Assembly (NCBI RefSeq): GCF_036321535.1
Contig: NC_087437.1
Span: 88,600,001 to 88,664,000 of the forward strand
Origin: Camelus dromedarius
Taxonomy: Eukaryota
Length of the DNA stretch: 64,000 nt
Direction: 5' to 3'
Shown here: in pieces, positions 63,296 through 64,000 of the stretch
Layout of the letters: every line of letters starts with the position of its first letter
Numbering within the stretch: the stretch's first letter is position 1
Notes under the pieces: generated by a model
What the model was told of the DNA's origin: nothing
What the model saw: only the letters and a program-made list of their open reading frames with translations
Database searches by the model: none
Position numbers and translations under genes: made by a program

Positions 63296-64000
63296 TTCTG
63301 AATATTAATATCTTCTACTTGGAAATTTTGCTTTTTGTTTTCATCAAGGATGTATTCTTTGTATTTTAGACTGGTTGTTTCTATTTAAATACATTCAGAC
63401 CCTAAGGGATTATTTCCATTTAATTTTATTCAGATGGTTCCAATCTTAAAAACAAACACAATCTTTCAAATCATCTACCGTTACTAATTTTTAGCCATTT
63501 TCCGTATTTCCTTTCCTTTGTCTCAACTTCTGGGACATTTTATTGGCCTAATTTTTTAAAGCTAAGCCACAGCTTTCGTGACAGAATGAAGAGTTGGGAG
63601 GGATTTTAGAGACCTAGCAATCTAGTAAGTAAATTCAGGGATGTAATAATTGTGTGTCAAATAATTTGCTCATGGTTATAAAAATAACTTACTGCAAGTT
63701 GGGACTAGAATGCCGATTTAGGTTGCATTGCCTCTTTTATTGTAATCCTAAATTTTGAAGGTTTTTATCCCTCTGATTTTTTTTTTTTCTTTAAGCTAGT
63801 CATTCATTCATAAACTACACATTGAAGGCACGCTTTTTGCCTGGCCCTGTGAGGGTCATCATTAATAAACAAGAACACACAGAAAGGTCGTTATTTGAAT
63901 AGGCACACTTGGCAGTTAGAAATATGGAAATATTCTCTCTCCCAAGTGTAATACTCCTCAATTCTTTTCAGATTTGTTGTTTTGCATGTTAAACAAGCTG

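Noticed and set aside
26800..64000. A second protein-coding gene, CRISPR array or other prokaryote-type system
   Set aside because: No exon chain with coding signal and no regular repeat-spacer array; the sequence is mammalian intergenic DNA

Overview
Mammalian genomic DNA, AT-rich and repeat-laden. It is probably from a camelid, judging by two tRNA-Ala-derived vic-1-like SINEs and the lack of any Alu, B1/B2, Bov-tA, CAN or PRE-1 elements that I could recognise. The left 25 kb holds the complete six-exon CDS of the ESCRT-III gene CHMP2B on the minus strand: ATG at 24851, TAA at 193-195, 213 aa, all introns GT-AG. Its CpG-island promoter lies at about 24.55-25.6 kb. The remaining ~39 kb is upstream intergenic DNA (toward VGLL3 in other mammals), made of old L1, L2, MIR, MaLR, MER21 and DNA-transposon fossils plus a few repeat-free enhancer-like blocks. 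No second protein-coding gene is supported. The most unusual signals are: (1) a heavily decayed PNMA/Gypsy-type gag with an MHR and a CCHC knuckle, antisense in CHMP2B intron 1; (2) a one-armed counterpart of primate MIR4795, just behind a strong acceptor of a putative divergent spliced lncRNA; (3) a near full-length Tc2/Kanga1-like transposase fossil. Repeat family names and human comparisons come from recalled consensus sequences, not database searches, and repeat boundaries are approximate.
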